A stretch of 62,796 bases of DNA, filler included, from Globobulimina sp. (GCA_003354225.1; 38 parts of 38 records of this genome joined end to end with filler, not necessarily neighbours in it); one strand, 5' to 3'. Positions 36,427 to 49,194 are shown, counted from the first letter of the whole stretch. A program made the numbers and translations. The notes: a model not told the origin generated them from the sequence alone.

Positions 36427-37981
36427 GGCCCATTATATTTTGGCATGGCATTATTTAAAATAAATTCTTTGTTTAAACCATGGAATAATTTTACTGGAGA
36501 CTTTGATTTTAATTTCCAGCGAGCAATCGGTTTTGAATGAAATAACGATGTTTTATAAAGCTGTAATGCCCAAAAATAAACTAATTTATTTACCATGTTT
36601 TCTTTGGATTGTTTATCTTTTATTGTTGTCATAACATAATAATTAATACGTTTTATCCATTTATCATCCCATTCAATGTTAATTTTATTGAAAAAATCAG
36701 AGTCAAATTGTTCATCATTTACATTTAAATCTAATAGTATTTTTAAAAAATAATCCAATTCGAATTCATTCTTATTTTCTGTATCAGCATTAATATTGTA
36801 ATCAAATTGTTTAATAAGCACAAAATATCGACAATGAATGGGTTGAACATAAACTGATATTTTATTTGATATTGTTTGCATATTATTATTATACGGGATT
36901 AATAATTGCATACTTTCTATGTCTTTAAAATCACAAATATAATTTCCATCATTTATAATATGTTTTGTATCTATTTTTTGTGAATTATTATTCCAAATTA
37001 GTGTGTATTTTGAGTCTAATATTTGTGATTTATATTTTTGAGGAATAGTTGATGTATTTCTTAATTGTATTATAAATGCATTTATTCGGTTTAGATTATC
37101 ACAAAAAACATTTGTTTTCGGTTTGACTTTGATATGTGGTGTTTTTATGTTATTCAATAAAAAGTAACCATTTCTTGCAAACAATTGTTCATTTTTAATG
37201 GATATTTTATATGAAGAATGAGAAGAAACTTCATGTTTTGTGAAAATAATATTATCATCAAATTTAAAATCAATTGAATCTGATGCTTTATTATTGTTCA
37301 TAATATCCATTTTGTAGTCATTATGTTTAAAATTTTATCTGGTTTTTTAATTTTATATAATACACAATTAAATACATTATCTGAACGTTGTAATTTTGCA
37401 GAAAATACTTTGTTTCTCTCAATTAATTCACTATCATCAATTTGTAACTCATTTATTAATCTGCTTAAAATGGAAACGGACGAATCAAAACCAAACAAAT
37501 CAACCAAGTCATACAATATTTGATGTTGTTTACTAATATTAATTATTTGTTTTGTTATATGAAATCCTAAAATATTTTCAAATGATTGTTTATTTAAAAT
37601 AAGTTTTGTGTATTTTTTAATTGTAAATAAGAGATGATCCGTATTATTATAATCATCAGTTTTAAATCTTGTGATTGATGTTATTGGTAAATACTGATCA
37701 ATTAAAAGTACTTCATTTTCATTTGGATGCTGTGATATTGTTTGAACAGATATACCCAAACAACATTTAAATTTATTATTAAAACTTGCTTTAATTCCCC
37801 AAACTTCGCCAATTTGGTTACTAAATGAATGAGCAACGGACTCTTTGATGGTTGTACTTGTTGGCCCATTATATTTTGGCATGGCATTATTTAAAATAAA
37901 TTCTTTGTTTAAACCATGGAATAATTTTACTGGAGACTTTGATTTTAATTTCCAGCGAGCAATCGGTTTTGAATGAAATAA
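36427..37981 (-). CDS. ADP-ribosyltransferase-like domain protein, circularly permuted across the contig ends
   Basis: LFHGLN..PTSTT..ISQHPNENEVLL (H replacing R, STT, ExE); the frame is continuous across the 119-bp terminal repeat. Confidence 0.65.
37863..37981 (+). repeat. 119-bp direct terminal repeat identical to contig start 36427-36545
   Basis: Direct comparison of the two contig ends. Confidence 0.92.
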
Positions 37982-38422
37982 NNNNNNNNNNNNNNNNNNN
38001 NNNNNNNNNNNNNNNNNNNNNNNNNTTAATTAATTAANNNNNNNNNNNNNNNNNNNNNNNNNNNNNNNNNNNNNNNNNNNNTTTATATTTTTCACTAAAT
38101 ATATAATGTGTTATAAGAGAAAGAACCTCAGAAGTTTGCTTACAGATTTTTTATTTTTTTGTGTGGTTTAATCATGACCAAAGGGTACGTAATACGCTGT
38201 CAATATTGTTTTTATTATGATGACATATTTTTTTTTTATCTGACATGACCTTTTTTTATCATGATTGAATCATGACTTTTTTTTTTTCTTCGTGAATTTT
38301 TGATCATCATGATGAAGAAATTAAATTCCTATTTCTTTTTTGTGTAAACTGTAAAATATAAAATAAAATTATAGTTATATTAAAAGTTAGGGCGACTAGT
38401 TTACGGTTTAACAACTTTTTTG

Positions 38423-38929
38423 TTATTCAAAACAAGCAGCAAATTCATTAAAATCTATACTATCAGTTTCTTCTTTTTGTCTACAGACTGTTTCTAATTT
38501 TTCAACATTGACATTAAATTCTTTTAATTTTGCTAACGATTTTGTAACGCTTGCTATTGGGATTTTTTTTTGTTCGCCAGTTTCGTTTTGAACATTGCCT
38601 CCCAATGATTTAAATGCTGCGATTAAAATCGGGTTTTTTTGGGATTTGTTCCTTGCGTTTCTTAAAACAACTAGAAATTCATCGTAATGAATTTGTCCAA
38701 ACATGCCAGTTGGACAAGTATAATCTTTTAAGACCCCAAATATTTCGACCATACTTACTTTTAAATCCATTTCTTGCAATGTTTGTTGTATTGCCATTAC
38801 GTCGATTGACTTTTTTCTGGATCTTCTTCTTTGAAACTTTCTATCTGAATATTTATCAAATGCTACAGTCAAATAATTTCCTTTGTCATTTGATGTTTCT
38901 ATGGTTACTTTACGATCTCCACGTGACAT
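38423..38929 (-). CDS. Divergent EF-hand/calmodulin-like protein
   Basis: GQIHYDEFL, AAFKSLGG, DSIDFNEF. Confidence 0.6.
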   Translation of the reverse strand: MSRGDRKVTIETSNDKGNYLTVAFDKYSDRKFQRRRSRKKSIDVMAIQQTLQEMDLKVSMVEIFGVLKDYTCPTGMFGQIHYDEFLVVLRNARNKSQKNPILIAAFKSLGGNVQNETGEQKKIPIASVTKSLAKLKEFNVNVEKLETVCRQKEETDSIDFNEFAACFE

Positions 38930-39159
38930 TTTATATTTCTTTGCTGATCTAGAAACAAACAGTTATATACTCAGAAACTGTCAACGTTGATGTGTTTAGC
39001 ATTATGAGTAAATGATTATGAGCATTATCAAAACTATATAATTATGAAGATGTCCTGTGATCAAATATGTTTTTTATTTCAATATAATGATCCTTTCCAT
39101 TCTAAGATCTGATGATTTCAACAAAACAGTAGCAATCTTTTTAGTAGCTACATAATACC

Positions 39160-39561
39160 ATGGCAGATAGTATAAAAGTATTATGTCGTTTTCGACCGCA
39201 AAACTCACGTGAAAAAAAAGAGAACGCCTATATTGTGGTTCAAGTTTCAGATGATCACACATTGTGTGTGGTCACTCATCCGGACAAACAAAGACAACCA
39301 CAACCCTTAGCATTTAACTTTGATTGTGTATTTGATTGGACATCAACACAAACCGAAGTATATGAGCATGCCGCATCACATTTAGTGGAGCAAATATTTG
39401 AAGGCTTTAACGCCACAATATTTGCCTATGGACAAACGGGTGCTGGCAAGACCTATTCAATGGAAGGCAAATTAGGTTCTCCTCACCGAGGCATCGTGCC
39501 CCGTACAGTCGAACATATATTTGAAACTATCAGCGAATCCGAAGAAAACATGGAATACTTG
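39160..39561 (+). CDS. Kinesin heavy chain (kinesin-1-like) motor, first exon
   Basis: SIKVLCRFRPQN, FNFDCVF, GFNATIFAYGQTGAGKTYSMEG, GIVPR. Confidence 0.88.
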
Positions 39562-40080
39562 GTATACAACACAACACTCTGCACTCAAAAACATAATAAC
39601 GCACCGACCTATGTACATATATACATACACTATAAANNNNNNNNNNNNNNNNNNNNNNNNNNNNNNNNNNNNNNNNNNNNTTAATTAATTAANNNNNNNN
39701 NNNNNNNNNNNNNNNNNNNNNNNNNNNNNNNNNNNNGAAAGGATTGATGTGGAATATCAGTATTTGGGTCAATGGAAAGCATCGATACCATTAAATGCAT
39801 CATTTACAACGGAAATATTGAGATTAATATCATCAATGAAGACATCCTCATCATTGCGTTCAATAAATATTGCAAATCCATCATCAGATATTTTAGAGTT
39901 TATAAAAGAAAATAATAATAAAGTAAATAAATATGGATGGAATTTGAGTAAACAATCATGGAAAAGTGTGATTAATTCTGGTACGAAACCCTGTGATAAT
40001 TCATTATCCATTCAAAGACTATAAATATTAAATGTATTCTTTATTTTTTTATGTTGTTGTTGTTTTTTTTTGAACTGAAC

Positions 40081-41070
40081 ATGACTGCAAGCAATGGGAC
40101 TGGACAAGCAAAACAGTTAAAAGTCAAATTGATTCTCGACACAGAAATCCATCAATGGAGGTACCCAATTTCAAATCAGTACGAGTCACTAATTGCATTC
40201 GTCCAAACATCATTCCATATCAATGACTTCCTATTGCAATTCAGCGATGACGAGGTACCATATCCTCGCACACACAAAAAACAAACGAAACTGTCTAAAA
40301 ACTAACAGGGCGACAGATTAACCATAGCATCAGAACGAGATCTAAAAGACGCATTTTCTGCATGCAAGCAGCAATTCCGCCGATCACTTCGTATATTTAT
40401 CACAGAACAAAAAGCTACCAACAAAAGAGCAGAACCGTTATTCGATGATACCTCTGCCGATCCCATTGAATTCCATTGGGGTTCGGCCTGCAGCCAATGT
40501 CAAAGCAGTCCAATCCAAGGAATACGATATAAATGTTGCATTTGTTCAAATTTCGATCTCTGTCCACACTGCCAATCTATGCCAGATATCCACGACAAAT
40601 CACATCCGTTCATTCAACTAAACATTTATAAAAACAGTATGTCAAAATTTAAACACATCGATCCGTTTTTTGACATTTTTGCATAATTAAATCGGACGTA
40701 CACCATTCTACGCAGAGTTGAGTCGCTTCGGAGTCAGTGCACAGAACACTCAGTTTATGGGTTTGCAGCAGCTCTTAAACAACTTAGGTCTCTGCATCCA
40801 GCCACAAAACAGGGCCAATGCCGACCTGCAAAGACAGAGCAACGCAAAGAAAGTCAACAGACGCTTTGCCAACAAAACTGTGGCTCCAACCCGGACCTCT
40901 TCCTTATCCGCAGAGCTAATTTGCGATTTGTCACTGCCCGACGGAGCCGAATGCGTTTTGGAGAACATAGTGACAAAGAAATGGAGACTGCGGAATGACG
41001 GCAACACCGAATGGGGATATAACGTCGAATTGGCGTTCTTTGGCGGCGCAAAAGAAATGGTGCTAAATAT
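40081..41070 (+). CDS. NBR1-like autophagy receptor (PB1-ZZ-FW domains); introns 40255-40308 and 40637-40715; truncated
   Basis: Spliced FSDDE|GDRLTIASERDL (PB1), CSQCQSSPIQGIRYKCCICSNFDLCPHC (ZZ), DLSLPDG..TKKWRLRNDGNTEW (FW). Confidence 0.85.
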
Positions 41071-41086
41071 TGCTACTCTTTGTTAA

Positions 41087-41291
41087 AACATAAATCTTTA
41101 ATGGGCACTTTTGAATCATTGGGATATGTTAAAGGAGATTCTAATACGAGTTTTAGCAGGCAAGCATCCCAGCCGACCTCATGAAATACGCGATAGCCAA
41201 TATGATTCATGCATCAGTTATTTATCTAATTTTGAGAAAATATACAGTTTGAATTATGACTTGCTGCTTTACTGGACGTTGATACATGATA
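41087..41291 (+). CDS. Bacterial DUF4917/SIR2-like protein fragment
   Basis: LKEILIRVLAGKHP...IYSLNYDLLLYW. Confidence 0.6.
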
Positions 41292-42654
41292 NNNNNNNNN
41301 NNNNNNNNNNNNNNNNNNNNNNNNNNNNNNNNNNNTTAATTAATTAANNNNNNNNNNNNNNNNNNNNNNNNNNNNNNNNNNNNNNNNNNNNAACTGTTAA
41401 TTTCAACACTTTCAGAAAAAGCACACATGTCTGTTCTAACTAATCCTTCCTTCCTCCCTCCCTCACAACTAATTAAACTTGGTTTATAATTTTAACTATA
41501 TAAATATTAATAATTTGCTGTATAGAGTCGCAGCGTACATTTCATTTGTTTTTGGTGAAAATAGTGATCGAAATTATTGGATTTGAATTAAGGCCTTCAT
41601 CGAGATCAAGGTCCAAGTAATCAAATTTAATATATTAGTTAAGAAATGATTATGCAGCAAATTATATATTTAAAATAATTGCAATACACAGCAACCTACA
41701 TAACTGTCTTTGGTACATTGGTTTAACGACACTCGCTGCACCGATGATAGTAAAGCGTATTAAACCTAACTGATATACAATTTGTATATTTATGCTCGAA
41801 TGAGCTGCCCATGCTATTTGGTGCTTTGCTTTACCATTAAAATGGGATATGGACATTTTGTTCATCAACACATTTTTTCTAATAACTATCATCTATCCAT
41901 TCATTCATTCCTTCTCTTTTAATTTACAGTGTATCTGAGTCTAATATGTTGTTGCAGAGTGTACAGACTTTCAATGAGGGCTTGAGCTTTGCCGCTCGCC
42001 TACATTAAAATTTTGGTATTGCTCGCTCGCTCGCTCGCTCGCTCTGTCACAATGCTTATTTTACAGTATAATATGTTTGTTTTTTTATATGTATTTGATA
42101 TATTTTATTTGTTTTTTAATTTTGTTGCAATGTGTTTCGTTGTATTATAAATTATTCGATTCATAATATTAGTTTGTTATTTTGCTTCAAGTTGTGATAT
42201 TTTTGTTTATCTTTGCACAAAAGAGGAAAAAAATTATTTTGCATAATTCCAAAAATATTTCCCCTAAATTATTAGCAACGTTTGAACGTTTCTAGAGATT
42301 TCGGTCTCGGCACTTGTTGTGTTTCCCTCTCTCGTTTGATTGAAAGTAGTAACAAAAAATATATTGAGATTTAATATACAAAATAAAATGTTATAAAAAC
42401 TGAAAATGTAATATATAAGTTTATTAGTGGATATTTCCACATTGCTGCCCTTCAAACAAAATAAGGTTATAGTTTGTATACAATAGTTACAATCAAAAAA
42501 TAGTTACAATCCAATTTTGTTTGAAAAGCCTCAAATTGTTACAAATAAAAATATAAAAAAACATAAAATTGTTACAATAATGGTGTCGATGATTAAAATT
42601 AGTTAAATTACAATTTAATTTATACTAAAACGTGTATTTAAAATATCGTGACAG

Positions 42655-42946
42655 TTACTCTGTATCTGATATATTCAAATCAATATCAATATCAATATCA
42701 ATAGACATGGCTGGCGATTCTGTAATTTCTGTTTCTAAATGGATGTCCGTTGTTGGTGGCGTCTCAGTTTCTGGTTTTTTATTTTCTATACTTGTATTGT
42801 TATGTATTTGACTCTCAATTTGTTCCAATTCATTGCATTCTTTTTCTGCTAATAATTCACAAAAAGCCTGGCATTTTAAATGACAGCTACTGCAACATAA
42901 GTGATACACATTTGCATTTATAAAACCTAAATAAACACAAAGAATA
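42655..42946 (-). CDS. C-terminal tail of a probable 7TM receptor-like protein
   Basis: Hydrophobic end then YHLCCSSCHLKCQAFC and an acidic tail. Confidence 0.4.
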
Positions 42947-43046
42947 NNNNNNNNNNNNNNNNNNNNNNNNNNNNNNNNNNNNNNNNNNNNTTAATTAATT
43001 AANNNNNNNNNNNNNNNNNNNNNNNNNNNNNNNNNNNNNNNNNNNN

Positions 43047-43677
43047 ATCGTTTGAATATGCATTAATTGTGCGGGTGGTTGGTTGTGATAATTTAAAAGG
43101 ATCAGATTCTGCTGAAGCGGCAGAAGATAGTTTTTGGTTATTTATGCAAGGCTGGCTTGGATTTATTGTCTATTTATTGATTGGTGCAATGATATTTTCA
43201 TTTGTAGAGGATGCGAATTTTGGGGATATGTTATGGTTTGCAGTGGTGACCACTTGTACTGTGGGTTATGGTGACATTCATCCGGGGTCTACACTTGGGA
43301 GGGTATTGAATGCATTTTTTATTGCAGTGAGTGTGGTATTATTTGTGTCAGTGTTTTCTACTACTTTTGATTATATATATGCGCGGCAAGAAGCTTTAGT
43401 AAAACAGAAAGCGAAAAATAAGAAAACTATCGCGAATATGGTGAAAAAGTTCCCAATTTTGGAGGATGCGATCAAAAAAGGAAAATTAGAAGAAGATGAA
43501 ATTAAAAGGAAACAAAGTACATTAAAGGAAAAGTTGAGTGGTGATGTTGAAAATAATTTGTCAGATATTGATGAACATAAAGAAACTGAAATGGTTCCAA
43601 CATTGAAATTAAATACAGAAACAATGAGTGGATTGACTGATGGTGATGTACATAAAGCGTTTGATGAACAGAAATAG
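43047..43677 (+). CDS. Potassium channel pore domain protein, 5' partial
   Basis: WFAVVTTCTVGYGDIHP selectivity filter flanked by two TM helices. Confidence 0.9.
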
Positions 43678-43859
43678 AATGATTTGATATTGTGTACCTA
43701 TGCTAATGCTATCCTATTACAAATTGTTAAATGTTATACAGCAACATTTTTTGTGTTTTGTTAGTGTTGTTTGTTCACATTTTTAGCTTGAAGTAAACAG
43801 AAAATTTCAAGCTTGATCGATAAAAAAGTTTGTGTCACACATTTCAAGTTTGATCGACC

Positions 43860-44174
43860 ATGGCCAAGTTCATATCGCCGCGATATATCAATCAGAATAT
43901 CTCTATGCAAGTTGCATTCGATCAAGATTGGCAATGTGCGTGTAAATCACCATTGTGTTTAGGAAAATTATCAGCCAATTATGAAATTGATCATATTATT
44001 CCTGTGTGGAAAGGAGGAACAAATGACAGACGAAATCTGCAGGCATTAAATCCAAACTGTCATCGAGATAAAACAAATAGAGATAGATTGGGAGTGTATA
44101 ATTATAATACTAATAATGATAACGATACACAAAAGGAAGTGGTAAAATTAAAAGAAAAGGTTTTAAAGAAATGA
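43860..44174 (+). CDS. Small HNH endonuclease
   Basis: WQCAC..LC..YEIDHIIPVWKGGTNDRRNLQALNPNCHRDKT. Confidence 0.85.
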   Translation: MAKFISPRYINQNISMQVAFDQDWQCACKSPLCLGKLSANYEIDHIIPVWKGGTNDRRNLQALNPNCHRDKTNRDRLGVYNYNTNNDNDTQKEVVKLKEKVLKK

Positions 44175-44394
44175 ACATTAAAATTGGCCATCAACGTAAA
44201 ATTATCCAAGAAATAAAAATATTAAATCAACCGTAAATTATGCTTGATTGTTCCATTCGAACCACCCTTAGAATAAATATATTTTAATTTTGTTTACTTT
44301 CCCTGTAGACGGGTGCCAGTGTACGAGGATAATCTAAATTTCAGCAGTTTAAAAATCCTCAAATATTACAAAAAATTGGAAAAATACAAAAAAA

Positions 44395-44518
44395 AAATTG
44401 GCCAGGACAAGAAATAAATTGCTCGTGACATAAATTAAATTGGCCAGGACAAGAAAGGGTGCTTTTCCATGAAATAAATTGCTCATGACATAAATTAAAT
44501 TGCTCATGACATAAATTA
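44395..44518 (+). repeat. Degenerate ~21-bp tandem repeat (AAATTGCTCATGACATAAATT / AAATTGGCCAGGACAAGAAAT)
   Basis: Direct reading. Confidence 0.75.
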
Positions 44519-45748
44519 CTTTGAATATGACGGTAAGACAAAAAAAAAATTGAAAAAAAAAATGTATAATAATCTCTATGCCAAATAAATGTTGGGATTT
44601 ANNNNNNNNNNNNNNNNNNNNNNNNNNNNNNNNNNNNNNNNNNNNTTAATTAATTAANNNNNNNNNNNNNNNNNNNNNNNNNNNNNNNNNNNNNNNNNNN
44701 NATGTTTTCCAGAGTTCAAACCCTCAACACTAAATGGACGCACAAATAGTAACCTTTTTTTGCGCTTAAATGCATGAATAAAGTTGCAATTTTGTTTGAA
44801 ATTAGTCTAAAATGTTTATTTTATATACTTTCGACAATACAATGAATAAAATTGATTTTATGTGCATTGTTTTTCCTTTAAACAGTATATTAGCCATCTG
44901 ACGCTTCACGCTCCATGAAAACGACGCTTAAGCATAGGCTTATTTGATAGAAAATAGCTAATTTCTAATTAGCTGTGCATTTGGTGAACGTACGAATGTC
45001 ATAAATGGAATCCTCGGGTCCGATAACATACTATATCATCTTTTTATATACAATTATTGGCAAGAAGAGACGTTTCGGTGTTGCCGATCAGATTTCTCAC
45101 TCAAACCACATGAACCTACATTAGGATGTATACCGTTTGGCACCTGTCATACAAAAGTATATAACTTTTACCCTTAACATTTCGTAAAAAACATGATTTA
45201 TGCATAACTTTAACACGCTGAACAACGTGGGATAGTTTATTTGTCCAAAGAAATTCGCTAAAGACGTCTTTTTTAAGATTTAAATTTTTGTCACTGTGAA
45301 AATATGGTTTTGTTAATAAATTTGTCAGTAATTTCTGCAGCTTACAGCTTGTAATACTTTCATCCGCTATGCTGATGTTGTCGTACATGAAAGCCGACAT
45401 TCTAGCTTGTTTTTTGGTACCAGTACCCAGTAACTGTTTTGCATAAACTATTGTTAGGGCTAGCCAACCGAAGCCTTAGGTGACGCCAAGATGCGGTAAA
45501 TGTCAGTGTTCGCGCGAGGTTCAGACAGTGTAAGCTATAACATCATCATCATATGTGGACCGGAAACCGGAAATGCTTATTTGCATAATGCACGTTTGTA
45601 CGCGCAGACAGTTCGTTGATTTTGATTGTTGAAAAATAAGTTTTCTTGTGTACTATAGGGTTTCAGAACTGACGTACAAAGTTTTACCAAATCGGAATAA
45701 GCAAAGTTGAGTTAAAAATCGCTAAAAATTTGCCAAAGTTAAAAAAAA

Positions 45749-46086
45749 TTTCGGGCTGACCAGGAATTTTCGGCGATTTATTGCTCGGCTATTGGAAGGC
45801 TGTTTCCTTTGAATTTTGGTACTGCCATACCTTTGGTACGAATGTATAAGTGTGCCAAATTTCAGAGGAAACAGTCAACGCAACAACGGGTGAAAAATCG
45901 CCAAAGTTAAGTGACACTGACAAAAAAAGTTCGGCGATTTTTCACTTGGTGTTGCGTTGACCGATTTGACTCAAATTTGGCACACTTATACATTCGTACC
46001 AAAGGTATGGCAGTACCAAAACTCAAAGGAAACAGCCTTCCCATAGCCGAGCAATAAATCGCCGAAAATTTCTGGTCAGCCCGAAA
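45749..46086. mobile_element. Imperfect 154-bp inverted repeat pair (45749-45902 / 45933-46086), MITE/fold-back-like
   Basis: Arms are reverse complements with scattered mismatches and a 30-nt spacer. Confidence 0.7.
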
Positions 46087-46356
46087 AAAATTTAATTTTG
46101 GAAATTTTCGGCGATTTATTGCCGATTTGGCTGAAATTTCGCATTATACTTCTACTGAAAGGGTACCTGCATAAAAAGGTTTAGCCGAATCGGCAAAAGG
46201 AAGTAAGAGTAAAAAAATCGCCGAATGTTATCTTGTCAGCTAATAACTTTTCCACCNNNNNNNNNNNNNNNNNNNNNNNNNNNNNNNNNNNNNNNNNNNN
46301 TTAATTAATTAANNNNNNNNNNNNNNNNNNNNNNNNNNNNNNNNNNNNNNNNNNNN

Positions 46357-47910
46357 TTGTTTGATTATGCAGATAAGAATGGATGCAATGCATTGTATTA
46401 TTTATTATTAAATGGAAATATTAAATTTGTGAAAATTATATTGAATGAAATTGATAAAACAGATGACAAAGCCATTGGGAATTTAATTAATTATACAAAT
46501 TATGAGGGTAAAAATTTGATGCACGCTTCGTGTCAATCTACAAATATTAACTGTGCAAAATCAATAGTATCAATGTGTGAATATTTCCAAAATTTTAAGA
46601 ATCAACTTTTATTAAATACCGATAACACTGGCAACAATCCATTGCATTTATATTTAGCACGTGCAAACAGCAGCAAATCAGCTGAAATATTAGAATTTGT
46701 CACGTGGTATTTATCAAATATTAGGAAGCATAAAGATAAATTATCCTTGGTTTCACATTCAAACTTAAACAATAAAATACCTTTAGATCATGCAATATTA
46801 TCTTCTACCAATTTCGGTGGAAAATTATTTGAGACCATTGTAACAAATATTAATTGCATTGCGAATGATAACAACATGCCTTTATTTGCAAAGATTTTCC
46901 ATTTAACAATGCGATGTTCGCATAATTCGTTAAGATTAAGGCAATTGATTTTGAATAAATATCCAAATCCCTCTGATAAAATTAAATTGCTTTCCATGAA
47001 AGATCATTTCGGTAAAAATTCAGTTTATTTGGCGAGTAAAACAAACTCAGTTAGCAAATTACAACATATCTTATCATACATTGATGAAAGTAATCGAGAT
47101 TTATTAATGGAAGCAATTTGTGACTCGACCAAAAGTGGTGACACTGCATTACACGAAGCGATTAATAGTAATAAAATGGGATCGATAATGTTAAGCAAAT
47201 TTGATTCAATAAAATCCATCCTATCGATTAAAAATGATTCGAATAAAAGTGTTTTATATTTGGCGCGAAAGGCTCCAATGAATGTAATGCTTTTAAAAGA
47301 ATTAAATGAAAATGAATTAATACAATTATTTATTGATAATATATCTGATGGCTCATTATTTTGTTACTTTGAAGACCATGAACAAGAGTTACTGCCCAAA
47401 TTATTATGGGCCACCACCTCACAAACACATGAAACATTGCTAATGCTTATTCTTCAAAATTGTACAAATAAAAAATATTTATGGAACTGGGTTTTACCAT
47501 TTATTAAAAAATTGAACAAAACTGATTTGTTTAAACTGTTTAATGCGACCAATATTATCGGGGAGAGCTGGTGTCATATGATTGCAAAGCAAAGACACAC
47601 CCAATTTTTTAATATTTTATTATCATTATTTCCTACACAAAAATCGAAAGAAGAGGCGCTTTTACATTTGGACCATTTTGGAAAAACTGCATTTATGGCT
47701 AGTTTTTGGAATTCTGGTCAGGCGGGAATTGCAAATGCAAAGATAATGTTGGATAACATTGCAAATATCGAAACAAAATTAAAATTAATCACTCCTTCCT
47801 TTGATATTCTATCATTAGCATCGAAATCATATTTTTTTAATTGTAAAAATTGGTTTAACAATGCATTACACAATATGAGTGATAAATATATCGATAATAT
47901 TGAATTATTA
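46357..47910 (+). CDS. Ankyrin-repeat protein, internal fragment
   Basis: DKNGCNALYY, GKNLMHAS, DNTGNNPLHL, GDTALHEA, DHFGKTAFMA. Confidence 0.85.
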
Positions 47911-48218
47911 NNNNNNNNNNNNNNNNNNNNNNNNNNNNNNNNNNNNNNNNNNNNTTAATTAATTAANNNNNNNNNNNNNNNNNNNNNNNNNNNNNNNNNN
48001 NNNNNNNNNNAAAAAAAAAAAAAGTGACTGACTGTTGTAGATTGCTCAAATTTAATTAATTATATTTCTTGTGTATATGCATTTTTTCCTTGAGCGCCTA
48101 ACTCCGATTAAATGCACAGAAACCAGCAACGAGGTCTTTGTACATATGACTTTCTAAAGTGAGGCAAACTATGTATGAATAACAAAATTATTTTACAAGA
48201 ATTTTACAGATGTTTTAA

Positions 48219-49194
48219 TTAATTAGTATTTGCAGCCACTATTTTCTCATAATCACTGAGAAAATCGACAGCATTCTGTTTGTGAATAACATCCACTGTC
48301 ATATCATTTGGAATGTTTACTTGTTTGCCGTCAGCATCACAAACTGCACAAACTGGCATCTTTTCATAAATTGAAACATCGGTTTGGACGCATTGGAATA
48401 GACATAAAGTGTGATATTTATGTTTACATTCTTCAATCATCACTAAATCAGAAATCTCAATGTCGCCAAAACATATCGAACAAGATTCTAACTTATCCTC
48501 TTCTTCTTCATCTTCAGTATCTCCGTCATTTTCTTTCTGTTCATATTTCTCGTTCAAAATACCAATCATTGCAAACTGTTTTGTATATATTATATTAAGA
48601 TATATCAACACAGGAAATGCATACTGAATTGACCAAATCTTTTTGTAATTTGATATTTTGTTTCCGCAACGCGTCACTTGTTGTTTTTGACGCATTTGAT
48701 AATGCTTGCAACGCGTTACATAATTTCGCCAATGCATTTTTTTCTTTTTGTAATTTTTTAATTTCTGTGTCTTTGTTGCGAATGGTATCATCATTGACCT
48801 TTTTTTCGTTTTTTTCATCAATTTCTGCATTTTTAGCACTTTGTTTATGTGTTGATACAATATATTGAATATTTTTCTTGCTCATAATGTTCTTTTTGTT
48901 TTCATTGTGTTTGTCAACAACAAAAATATCCGGTTTGATAGCATCAAGAATAGATTCAAAATGGTCATTATCTGATAATAAGCGTGCATCGTAAACATAT
49001 TTGATTGACTGGATCATATATAATCGGTCAATTTCGTTAGTAATGACTGTTGGCGCAGTTTTTTTGTCATTCTCAACGCATACATATAGATCACCCATTT
49101 TCGCGGCTTCTTCTAAAAACTTAACAACATTATAACTTATCAAATCAAAACCCACTGTAATTAAAACCCTTTTGTTCTTTGAAACAACTGCCAT
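48219..49194 (-). CDS. Cytidylyltransferase-like domain + coiled coil + RING finger; intron 48576-48633
   Basis: VLITVGFDLI..DLYVCV..RLYMIQSIKYV..IKPDIFVV; spliced QKDL|FAMIG; CSIC..ECKHKYHTLC..CAVC. Confidence 0.7.

Noticed and set aside
32598-43677. Alternative genetic code as the cause of ORF fragmentation
   Set aside because: TAA (VAT-1-like), TGA (UBC13) and TAG (K+ channel) all end genes at plausible positions; introns explain the breaks
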